The notes under the pieces are model-generated. The model was not told where the DNA came from and made no database searches. It was given only the letters and a program-made list of their open reading frames with translations. The position numbers were made by a program, and so were the translations under genes. This document shows, one piece after another, positions 15,039 through 23,305 of a stretch of 24,000 bases of DNA (position 1 is its first letter; each line of letters starts with the position of its first letter). The stretch comes from Mycobacterium phage Auspice: the sequence record OR253916.1. One strand, given 5' to 3'.

Positions 15039-15111
15039 CTGGGTGAGGTGTAAGTGGTTGCATGGCCGGTTTGGATCCGGGCGGTTCGAGGTTCGAGTCC
15101 TCGCACCCAGA
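15039..15111 (+). tRNA. tRNA-Pro(TGG)
   Basis: CTGGGTG/CACCCAG, loop TTTGGAT, CGAGG-TTCGAGT-CCTCG. Confidence 0.9.
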
Positions 15112-15152
15112 CGACGAGTTTGCTGGTTTCCTTGGCTACAAAACCAGCGTTC

Positions 15153-15236
15153 GGAGAGTTCCGCTGAATGGTCGGCAACCGGCGTCGAATACCGGGGCAG
15201 GGTGACACCTGGGGGTTCGAGTCCTCAACTCTCCGC
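15153..15236 (+). tRNA. tRNA-Ser(CGA)
   Basis: GGAGAGT/ACTCTCC, loop GTCGAAT, long variable arm CAGG-gtgaca-CCTG, G73. Confidence 0.85.
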
Positions 15237-15404
15237 AACGGCCGACCGGTAGGGGTCTCCCGGTCATTTAGTCAGGTCGCTGCCCAGGCGGGATGCATAC
15301 CAATCGGGCGGAATTGGGGCCTCAGGACTTAGCGTGGCACCGTCGCGAAGAGAAAGCCCACTCTGCATGGTCGTCAGGTGGGATACGGCCCTTTACGGTG
15401 CGCT

Positions 15405-15490
15405 GGAGAGTGGAACCATCTAGGTGGATGGCCGCGATTGCTAATCGTGGGGCAGCGTAACGCTGTGTGGATCGTGCCCACTCCTCTCCG
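15405..15490 (+). tRNA. tRNA-Ser(GCT), T-loop ATCGTGC
   Basis: GGAGAG/CTCTCC, CGCGA-TTGCTAA-TCGTG, variable arm CAGCG-taa-CGCTG, T-stem GTGG/CCAC. Confidence 0.75.
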
Positions 15491-15494
15491 CAAT

Positions 15495-15559
15495 GAAGAA
15501 CTAGCTGGCCAGCCATCAGGGTGCCGGTTCAATTCCGGCAGGGAAAACCTGTGTTCTTC
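15495..15559 (+). ncRNA. compact tRNA-like element with ambiguous fold
   Basis: GAAGAAC/GTTCTTC 7-bp closing helix, GCTG/CAGC, GCCGG-TTCAATT-CCGGC, CAGG-gaaaa-CCTG. Confidence 0.35.
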
Positions 15560-15598
15560 AGGGGGTTTGGTTGGAGTCATGACCGCCACTCCCCACAA

Positions 15599-15673
15599 CG
15601 GGTTGTAGCTCAGATTGGTGAGAGCGCTCGGTTGAAACCCGAGAGGCCCCTGGTTCGAATCCAGGCATCCCGG
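15599..15673 (+). tRNA. tRNA-Phe(GAA)
   Basis: CGGGTTG/CATCCCG (one mismatch), GCTC/GAGC, CTCGG-TTGAAAC-CCGAG, CCTGG-TTCGAAT-CCAGG. Confidence 0.9.
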
Positions 15674-15761
15674 CGCACAAGGGAAACCAGACTCGCCCGC
15701 TACTGGTGAAAAGCGGGACAGACGGCAGGGGAGGACAAGCCGCAGCGAAAACCTCCATTGG

Positions 15762-15832
15762 TGCGCGGTAGTGAAACGGGATCACAAAGGTCTCATAAGC
15801 CTTTATTACGGGTTCGAATCCCGTCTGCGCAA
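15762..15832 (+). tRNA. tRNA with CAT anticodon (Met/fMet/Ile2)
   Basis: TGCGCGG/CTGCGCA, AAGGT-CTCATAA-GCCTT, ACGGG-TTCGAAT-CCCGT. Confidence 0.88.
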
Positions 15833-15914
15833 CGACGCACACAGGTTCTGCAAGGGGTAGGTAAAACGGGTCCACGCCCCAGTGGCCCAAACCTGGTGCA
15901 TTGAAAGGAAATAC

Positions 15915-16076
15915 ATGGCTGAGAAGCTGAAGTCCGGTGTCGCCGCTGCTCCCATCGTGAAGGCGGTCAACGATCTGATCGAGCAGACCGGCGTGATCGA
16001 CGTGACGGCGCTGGCCCAGACTGTCGCGGAACTCTCGGGCCGCGTCGAGGAGCTGGAAGGGGCAGCCGAGGAGTGA
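15915..16076 (+). CDS. hypothetical small protein inside tRNA array
   Basis: MAEKLKSGVAAAPIVKAVNDLIEQTGVIDVTALAQTVAELSGRVEELEGAAEE, preceded by AAAGGAAA. Confidence 0.65.
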   Translation: MAEKLKSGVAAAPIVKAVNDLIEQTGVIDVTALAQTVAELSGRVEELEGAAEE

Positions 16077-16112
16077 CCTTGCCGTCCTGGCCATGACGTG
16101 AAACTGGCCGAT

Positions 16113-16184
16113 CCCGCCGCAGCACGACGGACGTGCACCTCGCTACGAACGAGAAGGCTGCTGGTTCGAATCCAGTCGGTGGGT
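16113..16184 (+). tRNA. tRNA-Arg(ACG)
   Basis: CCCGCCG/CGGTGGG, GCAC/GTGC, loop CTACGAA, GCTGG-TTCGAAT-CCAGT. Confidence 0.9.
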
Positions 16185-16189
16185 CCATA

Positions 16190-16260
16190 CCTCTTGTAGC
16201 TCAATGGTAGAGCGCCGTTTTGTGAGACCGGTGACCTGCGTTCGATTCGCAGCAGGGGGA
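16190..16260 (+). tRNA. tRNA-His(GTG)
   Basis: CCTCTTG/CAGGGGG, GCTC/GAGC, loop TTGTGAG, CTGCG-TTCGATT-CGCAG. Confidence 0.88.
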
Positions 16261-16266
16261 CGTTAA

Positions 16267-16338
16267 GGCGGGATGGCTGAGTTAGATAGGCGGCGGGCTG
16301 CAACCCCGTTCACGCCGGGGCAGATCCGGCTCTCGTCT
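16267..16338 (+). tRNA. tRNA-Cys(GCA), non-canonical T-loop GGCAGAT
   Basis: GGCGGGA/TCTCGTC, GCGGG-CTGCAAC-CCCGT, GCCGG-GGCAGAT-CCGGC. Confidence 0.75.
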
Positions 16339-16352
16339 CGAAGGGAGATCCT

Positions 16353-16610
16353 GTGGGTGTGATGCTCTCTCAGGCCGGTCTGGAGCGCATTGAGCAGGCT
16401 TCGGCATGGTTGCGTCAGCAGCCTGAAGTTGAGGCGCGAGAGGGGCAGCTAGCCGCCATTCTCGAGCACGAGATGCGACTGGCCGGATGGGATGGCACCG
16501 GAGATCTGCGGCCGTGGTTCACGCGGTGCATGGAGATCAACATTGCCTTGGATCAGGCTCAGGGTCGACCACCGTCGATTCAGGACTGGCCGGGGTATAT
16601 GGCTCGCTAG
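16353..16610 (+). CDS. hypothetical protein
   Basis: 85-aa ORF MGVMLSQAGLERIEQASAWLRQQPEVEAREGQ…, between tRNA-Cys and tRNA-Leu. Confidence 0.65.
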   Translation: MGVMLSQAGLERIEQASAWLRQQPEVEAREGQLAAILEHEMRLAGWDGTGDLRPWFTRCMEINIALDQAQGRPPSIQDWPGYMAR

Positions 16611-16674
16611 GCAAATTGGAAAAGCCGCCTGATTCAGAATCAGGTGTTTCCGAGTTCGACTCTCGGGCGAGCTA
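16601..16674 (+). tRNA. tRNA-Leu(CAG), class I-like
   Basis: GGCTCGC/GCGAGCT, GGC/GCC, CCTGA-TTCAGAA-TCAGG, CCGAG-TTCGACT-CTCGG; only a 5-nt variable loop. Confidence 0.8.
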
Positions 16675-16724
16675 CGCAAGCTACGCGAAAGCGGTTGTTA
16701 CTGGTCTGACGACCTGGGAAGTAG

Positions 16725-17687
<963 letters not shown>

Positions 17688-17694
17688 TCCCATC

Positions 17695-17767
17695 GGGACG
17701 TTGGTGAAACGGCTATCACCGCACGCTCTTAACGTGTCAGTTCTGGGTTCGAATCCCAGGCGTCCCA
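17695..17767 (+). tRNA. tRNA-Lys(CTT)
   Basis: GGGACGT/GCGTCCC, loop CTCTTAA, CTGGG-TTCGAAT-CCCAG. Confidence 0.93.
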
Positions 17768-17768
17768 C

Positions 17769-17840
17769 TTGGCTATGGTGAAGTAGTGATCACGTCGACC
17801 TGATAAGTCGGAGTTCTGGGGGCAGTACCCGGTAGCCATA
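17769..17840 (+). tRNA. tRNA-Ile(GAT), non-canonical T-loop GGCAGTA
   Basis: TGGCTA/TAGCCA, GTG/CAC, TCGAC-CTGATAA-GTCGG, CTGGG-GGCAGTA-CCCGG. Confidence 0.75.
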
Positions 17841-17890
17841 CCACTTGAGGCCATCTGTCTGCAGCACCTCGTTAAAAACGCTGCGCCACC

Positions 17891-17965
17891 GGGGCATTCA
17901 TCTAGTCAGGCTCAGGATGCGACGCTTCCAACGTCGTCACGAGGGTTCGAATCCTTCATGCCTCA
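17891..17965 (+). tRNA. tRNA-Gly(TCC)
   Basis: GGGGCAT/ATGCCTC, CGACG-CTTCCAA-CGTCG, GAGGG-TTCGAAT-CCTTC. Confidence 0.9.
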
Positions 17966-17970
17966 CTCAA

Positions 17971-18042
17971 TCCGGATTAGCTCAGTGGAAGAGCGGCAGG
18001 TTTACACCCTGCGCGTGGGGAGTTCGATTCTCTCATCCGGAA
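17971..18042 (+). tRNA. tRNA-Val(TAC)
   Basis: TCCGGAT/ATCCGGA, GCAGG-TTTACAC-CCTGC. Confidence 0.94.
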
Positions 18043-18046
18043 CTCT

Positions 18047-18118
18047 GCCGGTATAGCTCAGTGGCTAGAGCACCTGTCTAGTAAACAGGAGACCAGGGTT
18101 CGATTCCCTGTTCCGGCT
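18047..18118 (+). tRNA. tRNA-Thr(AGT)
   Basis: GCCGGTA/TTCCGGC (one mismatch), CCTGT-CTAGTAA-ACAGG. Confidence 0.9.
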
Positions 18119-18122
18119 CTCT

Positions 18123-18195
18123 GGGGGTGCATGTTCCTTGGGGGCGACGGATCCTTGCAAGATCTGTGCGGTGGGTTCGATTCCCATCATCTCCA
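18123..18195 (+). tRNA. tRNA-Ala(TGC)
   Basis: GGGGGTG/CATCTCC, GGATC-CTTGCAA-GATCT, GTGGG-TTCGATT-CCCAT. Confidence 0.88.
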
Positions 18196-18199
18196 CAAT

Positions 18200-18229
18200 C
18201 ACAATAGGTCTCTCATCGGACCTATTGTG
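18200..18229 (+). other. perfect 11-bp inverted repeat between tRNA-Ala and tRNA-Asp
   Basis: CACAATAGGTC-tctcatcg-GACCTATTGTG. Confidence 0.85.
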
Positions 18230-18234
18230 TCAAT

Positions 18235-18307
18235 CCCGATGTCATCTAGTGGACCAGGATGCCGCCCTGTCGAGGCGGTCACGCGAGTTCGAATCTCGTC
18301 GTCGGGA
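18235..18307 (+). tRNA. tRNA-Asp(GTC)
   Basis: CCCGATG/CGTCGGG, CCGCC-CTGTCGA-GGCGG, GCGAG-TTCGAAT-CTCGT. Confidence 0.92.
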
Positions 18308-18308
18308 C

Positions 18309-18710
18309 GTGGCATACAAGGATCCTTCCGTGCAGCGCGAGTATATGCGGAGGTGGGTGGCCAATCGCCGCTCAGCGTTTTTCGCAAGTAAGCAGTGCGC
18401 AATGTGCGGGGCAGGTGAGGAACTGGAGTTGGATCATATTGATCCAACGAAGAAGGTTGATCATCGCATCTGGAGCTGGACAGATGCGCGCCGGTCTGAG
18501 GAGTTGGCCAAGTGCCAAGTCCTGTGCGCCTCCTGTCACAAGAAGAAGACGGGAGAGCAGTGGTACGCGAACCGCTCCGTGTCTGAGAATGCCCACCACG
18601 GCACTAGCCGTAGGTATCGGAAGATGAAGTGCCGTTGCGGGCTGTGCAGGCTCGGCAACACCAACCGCAGTCGCGCATTGCGTCAGCGGCACCGCGTTCC
18701 CGTGGAGTAA
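18309..18710 (+). CDS. HNH endonuclease in tRNA array
   Basis: KQCAMCGAGEELELDHIDPTKK…LAKCQVLCASCHKKKTG; GTG at 18309 right after tRNA-Asp. Confidence 0.82.
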   Translation: MAYKDPSVQREYMRRWVANRRSAFFASKQCAMCGAGEELELDHIDPTKKVDHRIWSWTDARRSEELAKCQVLCASCHKKKTGEQWYANRSVSENAHHGTSRRYRKMKCRCGLCRLGNTNRSRALRQRHRVPVE

Positions 18711-18769
18711 TTGGTTATCTCGCCTGACTCTCAATCAGGAGATTGCGCGTTCAAGTCGCGTCGGGAATA
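18696..18769 (+). tRNA. tRNA-Glu(CTC)
   Basis: GTTCCCG/CGGGAAT, CCTGA-CTCTCAA-TCAGG, GCGCG-TTCAAGT-CGCGT. Confidence 0.9.
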
Positions 18770-18773
18770 CGTT

Positions 18774-18810
18774 GACCCTCAACAGGTTTCGACCTGTTGG
18801 GGGTCTTTCT
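18774..18810 (+). terminator. rho-independent terminator ending the RNA island
   Basis: GACCCtCAACAGGT-ttcg-ACCTGTTGgGGGTC + TTTCTT. Confidence 0.9.
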
Positions 18811-18826
18811 TATGCGAAAACACCTT

Positions 18827-18846
18827 CTGACCTGCGATTACAGAAC
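18827..18846 (+). promoter_or_regulatory. CTGACCTGCGATTACAGAAC repeat, copy A
   Basis: 20-nt exact match to 22328-22347. Confidence 0.7.
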
Positions 18847-18864
18847 CGGGCCATACTTCTTGCC

Positions 18865-18933
18865 GTGAGTGTGATTGCCCTCCTGATCAGCCTCCTGCTG
18901 TTCGGCCTGGCGCTCCTAATCCTCTGTCACTGA
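18865..18933 (+). CDS. 22-aa predicted membrane peptide VSVIALLISLLLFGLALLILCH
   Basis: GTG…TGA, almost entirely hydrophobic, just upstream of rtcB. Confidence 0.4.
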   Translation: MSVIALLISLLLFGLALLILCH

Positions 18934-18943
18934 AGGGATTCCA

Positions 18944-20176
18944 TTGACCCCGACTACTTTAGCTCCGAAGATTGTCAACTTCGCTTCGGAGATCGACCAA
19001 GCGACGATTGACCAAGCCAAGCAGATCGCGGAGATGCCGTTCATCTACCCGCACCTGGCGCTGATGCCGGATGCCCACTCGGGCAAGGGATCTGCGGTCG
19101 GCACCGTCATCCCCACCAAGGGCGCTGTCATTCCGGCCGCTGTTGGGGTGGACATCGGCTGCGGCATGATTGCCGTCAAGACGCGGTTCCAGTGGGACGC
19201 ACTGCACACCGCGAAGGCTGGCGCTCCGGATCTGGCTGCGCTGCGCCGTCAGATTGAGGCGGCGATTCCGCTGTCTCCCGGCAACTACAACTCGACACTG
19301 TCGAAGTTCAGCTTCACACGCAAGAAGCACGAGGAACTGATCCAGCTGCAGCAGGAGCTGGACGTGGACCTGTCTCACTCGCCGAAGTGGATGGAGCAGC
19401 TCGGCTCGCTCGGCGGCGGCAACCACTTCATCGAGTTGTGCGTGGACGCCGAGGACAACGTGTGGCTGTTCCTGCACTCCGGTTCTCGCGGAGTCGGCAA
19501 CAAGATCGCGCAGCGCCACATCAAGGCGGCGCAGGAGTACTGCGCACGGAACGCCGCAGGCGGTGGCCCGTGGGCGGATGACTACCGGTTGCCACATCGT
19601 GACCTCGCGTTCCTTGAAGAGGGCACTATCGAGTTCGACACGTACATCAAGGAGCTGGAGTGGGCCCAGCGGTTCGCGTACCTGAACCGTGCGGAGATGA
19701 TGGACCGCTTCGTCCAGGTGTTCGCGTGGTGGCTGGGCGTCGAGGCTCAGCGTGTCGAGGTGGAGCGCATCAACTGCCACCACAACTACACCGAGAAGGC
19801 CTACCTGGCTGGCGAAGAGGTGTGGCTGACCCGCAAGGGTGCCATCAACGCCACACCCGGGAAGTTGGGCGTGATCCCGGGCTCGATGGGCACCCGGTCG
19901 TACGTGGTGCGGGGGAAGGGTTGCAGCGCTGGTTTGCATTCTGCGCCCCATGGAGCCGGTCGCCGGTTCTCCCGCACGAAGGCCAAGGAACTGTTCACCA
20001 GGGATGACCTGGCCGAGCAGATGCAGGGCATCGAGTGGCGCGAGGACATCGCCGAGAAGCTGGTCGATGAGATCCCGTCCTGCTACAAGGACATCGACCA
20101 GGTCATGGCCGATGCCGAACCGCTGGTGGACGTGGTGACAACCCTGCGCCAGGTTCTCAACGTCAAGGGCACCTAG
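18944..20176 (+). CDS. rtcB: RtcB-like RNA ligase
   Basis: MPDAHSGKGSAVGTVIPT…VGVDIGCGMIAVKT…LGSLGGGNHFIEL…LHSGSRGVGNKIAQRH…NCHHNYTEK…PGSMGTRSYVVRGKG…SAPHGAGRRFSRTKA. Confidence 0.97.
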   Translation: MTPTTLAPKIVNFASEIDQATIDQAKQIAEMPFIYPHLALMPDAHSGKGSAVGTVIPTKGAVIPAAVGVDIGCGMIAVKTRFQWDALHTAKAGAPDLAALRRQIEAAIPLSPGNYNSTLSKFSFTRKKHEELIQLQQELDVDLSHSPKWMEQLGSLGGGNHFIELCVDAEDNVWLFLHSGSRGVGNKIAQRHIKAAQEYCARNAAGGGPWADDYRLPHRDLAFLEEGTIEFDTYIKELEWAQRFAYLNRAEMMDRFVQVFAWWLGVEAQRVEVERINCHHNYTEKAYLAGEEVWLTRKGAINATPGKLGVIPGSMGTRSYVVRGKGCSAGLHSAPHGAGRRFSRTKAKELFTRDDLAEQMQGIEWREDIAEKLVDEIPSCYKDIDQVMADAEPLVDVVTTLRQVLNVKGT

Positions 20177-20209
20177 CCCGAATCATCCACTACTACAAGG
20201 GAGTTGCCT

Positions 20210-21109
20210 ATGAGCTGGCAAATGTGGGCATTCATCGTCATCGGCATCATCGGTGTGCTGATCACGGCGGGCGGGTTTCTGGGTTCGCGTGTGGCGACCA
20301 AGCAGGCCGACAAGGACGGCATGAAGATGATCGGCGGCTTCGGCACGCTGGTCATCGCTCTCGGGGCCATCATTTTGGCCACCGGCTGCTTCACCATCGT
20401 CGGCACCCGGCAGGTGGGCATCGAGACGGCGTTCAACCGGCCGACCGGTAAGACGTTCGAGAACGGCCTGAACTTCAAGGCCCCGTGGGCCAGCGTGGTC
20501 GAAATGGACGGCGCGATCCAGATCAACAAGTACGAGGGCGACAACGCTATCCGTGTGCGTCTGGGGAACAACTCGACTGCCGGTGCGGACACGTCGATCC
20601 GGTGGCGCATCAAGCAGGATGCGGCTGACGAGCTGTTCGTTGACTACAAGACGTTCGACAACGTGCGGGTCAACTTGATCGAGCGCAATCTGCAGGTCGC
20701 GGAGAACGAGGTTTTCCAGTCGTTCGATCCGCTGGACGCCGAGTGGGCCGAGGGTGTGCCGCTGCAGCAGTTCGCCGACAAGGCGGCGGCGAAGCTCAAG
20801 GATCTGGTCGGTCAGCAGGTGGAGATCATCGACGTGTCGGTGTCGCGCCTGGACTACGACGAGCAGACCGAGGGCAAGATCAACCAGCTGAACGCGGAGC
20901 GGGCCAACACCGCTGTGGCGAAGCAGGCCAAGGACACTGCCACTGCGCAGGCTGAGGCGAACCGTGAGTTGGCGTCGTCGGTGTCGAACGATCCGAACGT
21001 CATCGTGGCGAACTGCATCACCAAGGCGTTGGACAAGGGCGTGTCCCCGTTCGGTTGTTGGCCGACTGGCGGCGAGATGCTGCTGACCGTCCCAGCACCC
21101 GTCAAGTAA
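20210..21109 (+). CDS. SPFH/band 7 (prohibitin-like) membrane protein
   Basis: Two N-terminal TM segments, VGTRQVGIETAFNRPTGKTFENGLNFKAPW…, then helical DEQTEGKINQLNAERANTAVAKQAKDTATAQAEANRE. Confidence 0.85.
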   Translation: MSWQMWAFIVIGIIGVLITAGGFLGSRVATKQADKDGMKMIGGFGTLVIALGAIILATGCFTIVGTRQVGIETAFNRPTGKTFENGLNFKAPWASVVEMDGAIQINKYEGDNAIRVRLGNNSTAGADTSIRWRIKQDAADELFVDYKTFDNVRVNLIERNLQVAENEVFQSFDPLDAEWAEGVPLQQFADKAAAKLKDLVGQQVEIIDVSVSRLDYDEQTEGKINQLNAERANTAVAKQAKDTATAQAEANRELASSVSNDPNVIVANCITKALDKGVSPFGCWPTGGEMLLTVPAPVK

Positions 21110-21119
21110 CACCACCACT

Positions 21120-21157
21120 GCGCCGGTCCCTCAAAACTGTTGGGGGACCGGCGCTTT
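21120..21157 (+). terminator. rho-independent terminator
   Basis: GCGCCGGTCCC…GGGACCGGCGC + TTTCC. Confidence 0.8.
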
Positions 21158-21173
21158 CCTCTGAAAGGCAACA

Positions 21174-21521
21174 ATGAGCACCTTCTCCTCTTACCAGACG
21201 GCCACCGGCACCACCGCGATCTACCCTGGCGCGGCCGATCCCGAGTCGATCATGGGATTGTCGTATGCAGCAATGGGTCTCGCGAACGAGGCGGGCGAGG
21301 TTCTGGGCAAGGTCAAGAAGATCATCCGCGACAACGACGGCGTGATCACCGCCGAGCATCGGGAGAACATCGCCAAGGAGCTGGGCGACACGCTGTGGTA
21401 CCTGGCGCAGGTGGCGACGCAGATCGATTACCCGCTGTCGCTGATCGCTCAGGAGAACCTGGACAAGCTGGCCGACCGGGCGGAGCGTGGCGTCCTGCAG
21501 GGATCGGGGGACAACCGATGA
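21174..21521 (+). CDS. MazG-like nucleotide pyrophosphohydrolase
   Basis: MGLANEAGEVLGKVKKIIRD…IAKELGDTLWYLAQVATQI (EExxE/ExxD-type MazG motifs). Confidence 0.85.
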   Translation: MSTFSSYQTATGTTAIYPGAADPESIMGLSYAAMGLANEAGEVLGKVKKIIRDNDGVITAEHRENIAKELGDTLWYLAQVATQIDYPLSLIAQENLDKLADRAERGVLQGSGDNR

Positions 21522-21784
21522 GCGTCAGGCAGAGCGCTGTCCTCGACCACACCGCGACCGGTGAGGGTTGGGATCTCATCCACTCGATCCGGCATCGCGG
21601 CGGCAGTGTCACGAGCATCTACACACACAAGTATCGGGGCGTGGCGCACGTCCGGACCCGCGACGGCCAGGTGATCGGCTTCTCCTGGCTCAATGAGCGC
21701 AACGAGAACCCCGCCACGATCATGGCGTCGAGCGACATGTTTGAGTCGGCGCTGGAGGTTCTGATGGGGGAGCGCACCAGGTGA
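21518..21784 (+). CDS. hypothetical protein
   Basis: ATG at 21518 overlapping mazG stop; 88 aa. Confidence 0.6.
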   Translation: MSVRQSAVLDHTATGEGWDLIHSIRHRGGSVTSIYTHKYRGVAHVRTRDGQVIGFSWLNERNENPATIMASSDMFESALEVLMGERTR

Positions 21785-21930
21785 CCCTCACGGTGAAGCT
21801 GCTGGGCTTTGAGGTGGTGACGTTGGAGCTTGACATCACTGAGATGTCCTCCGACGCACCGCGTCTCACGCCCGTCGACAAGAGCGTCAAGGGTCTGTCC
21901 AATTGGTGGGTACGGAGGATGAACAAGTGA
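21781..21930 (+). CDS. hypothetical small protein
   Basis: MTLTVKLLGFEVVTLELDITEMSSDAPRLTPVDKSVKGLSNWWVRRMNK, 49 aa, overlaps both neighbours. Confidence 0.5.
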   Translation: MTLTVKLLGFEVVTLELDITEMSSDAPRLTPVDKSVKGLSNWWVRRMNK

Positions 21931-22331
21931 CCGTCACGAACGTCATTGCGCCCGAGTTGAATCCGCGTCGTCTGACGATCATGGGTGACCGCCAGTCAGG
22001 CAAGACGCACCACCTGTTGGACATCGCGGTAGACAACGCGGAGCGTGGTAAGGCTGTGTTGTTTGACTGCGCAACAGTTCCGCTGATGGCCAACACCTAT
22101 GACCGCTGCGTCCGTGAGCATGCTCGGTTCGGATGGCCCGGGAGCACGGTCGTGAAGTGTCTCGACGGTCTGCGCGAGATCTACTTCGAGTCGGGCGGCA
22201 AGATCGTCTTCAACGCCGGTACTGCCTACGTGAAGCGGTACACCGGCCTGGTGGATGTCCATCTGATCGATGACACCGATGTCGATGCCCGTGCCGGTGC
22301 GGAGCTGGTCATCCGCGCCGTGAAGCGCTGA
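21927..22331 (+). CDS. small P-loop NTPase
   Basis: Walker A IMGDRQSGKTHHLL, Walker B VDVHLIDDTD. Confidence 0.7.
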   Translation: MTVTNVIAPELNPRRLTIMGDRQSGKTHHLLDIAVDNAERGKAVLFDCATVPLMANTYDRCVREHARFGWPGSTVVKCLDGLREIYFESGGKIVFNAGTAYVKRYTGLVDVHLIDDTDVDARAGAELVIRAVKR

Positions 22332-22347
22332 CCTGCGATTACAGAAC
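22328..22347 (+). promoter_or_regulatory. CTGACCTGCGATTACAGAAC repeat, copy B
   Basis: 20-nt exact match to 18827-18846, 17 nt upstream of the 22365 ATG. Confidence 0.7.
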
Positions 22348-22364
22348 GATGGGAAGCTTCCGCC

Positions 22365-23060
22365 ATGAGCTACTACTGGTTCAATAGCAACCCCGTGGAG
22401 CTGGGGCCCTGCGTCGACCTGACCACTGATCAGCGCAAGCTGATTGAGGCGACGCCGAACCTGCGCCGCGCCTCGCTTAGCAACGCCATCCTGTATGGCG
22501 GGCCGCTGCTGCGGATCCTGTTGGCCCAGGCCCCGATCACCGGCACACACAAGAACGTGTTCGTGGACACGAAGGTGTCGATGCTGATGCCAGGCTGGTG
22601 GCCCGCGATCCCCGGCTGGCATACCGATGGGGTGCCCCGATACCGGGAGGTGGCCGGTGGCCGTGTGCTGGATCTGGCCGGGAAGCCCTCGCTACCGATG
22701 CAGGTGACGCGGCACCATGATGGCTACCGGCCGATCTACCACACGATCCATGTCGGCAATGACTGCGCCACCGAGTTCCTCGACGGCCTGCTGCGGATGC
22801 CCATCGATCACGATGAGGACGAGCAGATGTACGCCGAGATGACCCGCAAGGTCAACGAGTGCACAACCCTGCGGAAGCTGAGGGCCCAGGAGGGCCAGTG
22901 GCATTCGTGGGATTGGTGGAATATCCACCAGGCGACTCAGGCTACGGAGCGTGGGTGGCGGTTGCTGATCCGTGTCACTGAGTCCGATCAGGCTCCGGAT
23001 CCTCACGATTTCATTCGTCCTCAGAATCAGGTGTACGTGCCGAAGGAGTTTGGTTGGTGA
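22365..23060 (+). CDS. hypothetical protein, Trp-rich
   Basis: 231-aa ORF MSYYWFNSNPVELGPCVDL… with upstream GGGAAG. Confidence 0.8.
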   Translation: MSYYWFNSNPVELGPCVDLTTDQRKLIEATPNLRRASLSNAILYGGPLLRILLAQAPITGTHKNVFVDTKVSMLMPGWWPAIPGWHTDGVPRYREVAGGRVLDLAGKPSLPMQVTRHHDGYRPIYHTIHVGNDCATEFLDGLLRMPIDHDEDEQMYAEMTRKVNECTTLRKLRAQEGQWHSWDWWNIHQATQATERGWRLLIRVTESDQAPDPHDFIRPQNQVYVPKEFGW

Positions 23061-23305
23061 CGATCACCGAGACGCAGTCCAGCGTTAATCCGCTCAAGGA
23101 TCGCATCGACGCCGAATTTGGCGGTGCCACAACGTATGACACGGACGACCTGTACGGGCGGCATAGCATGCGGGTGTACGGGGAGTACGCGGCTGGCGAG
23201 CGGGAACTGGTGGTGTACGCCCCCGGCGAGGTTCCCAGCGTGGGGGCCCATAAGAGGGTTCGGTTTCAACGCATGAACAAGCACGGAAGTGAGGGCCTCT
23301 GGTGA
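23057..23305 (+). CDS. hypothetical protein
   Basis: GTG overlapping the previous stop. Confidence 0.65.
   Translation: MTITETQSSVNPLKDRIDAEFGGATTYDTDDLYGRHSMRVYGEYAAGERELVVYAPGEVPSVGAHKRVRFQRMNKHGSEGLW

Noticed and set aside
16675-16697. Short direct repeat GCTACGCAA/GCTACGCGA after tRNA-Leu
   Set aside because: Only about 8 nt repeated twice; could be chance or a remnant of tRNA 3' end duplication, too weak to report as a feature.
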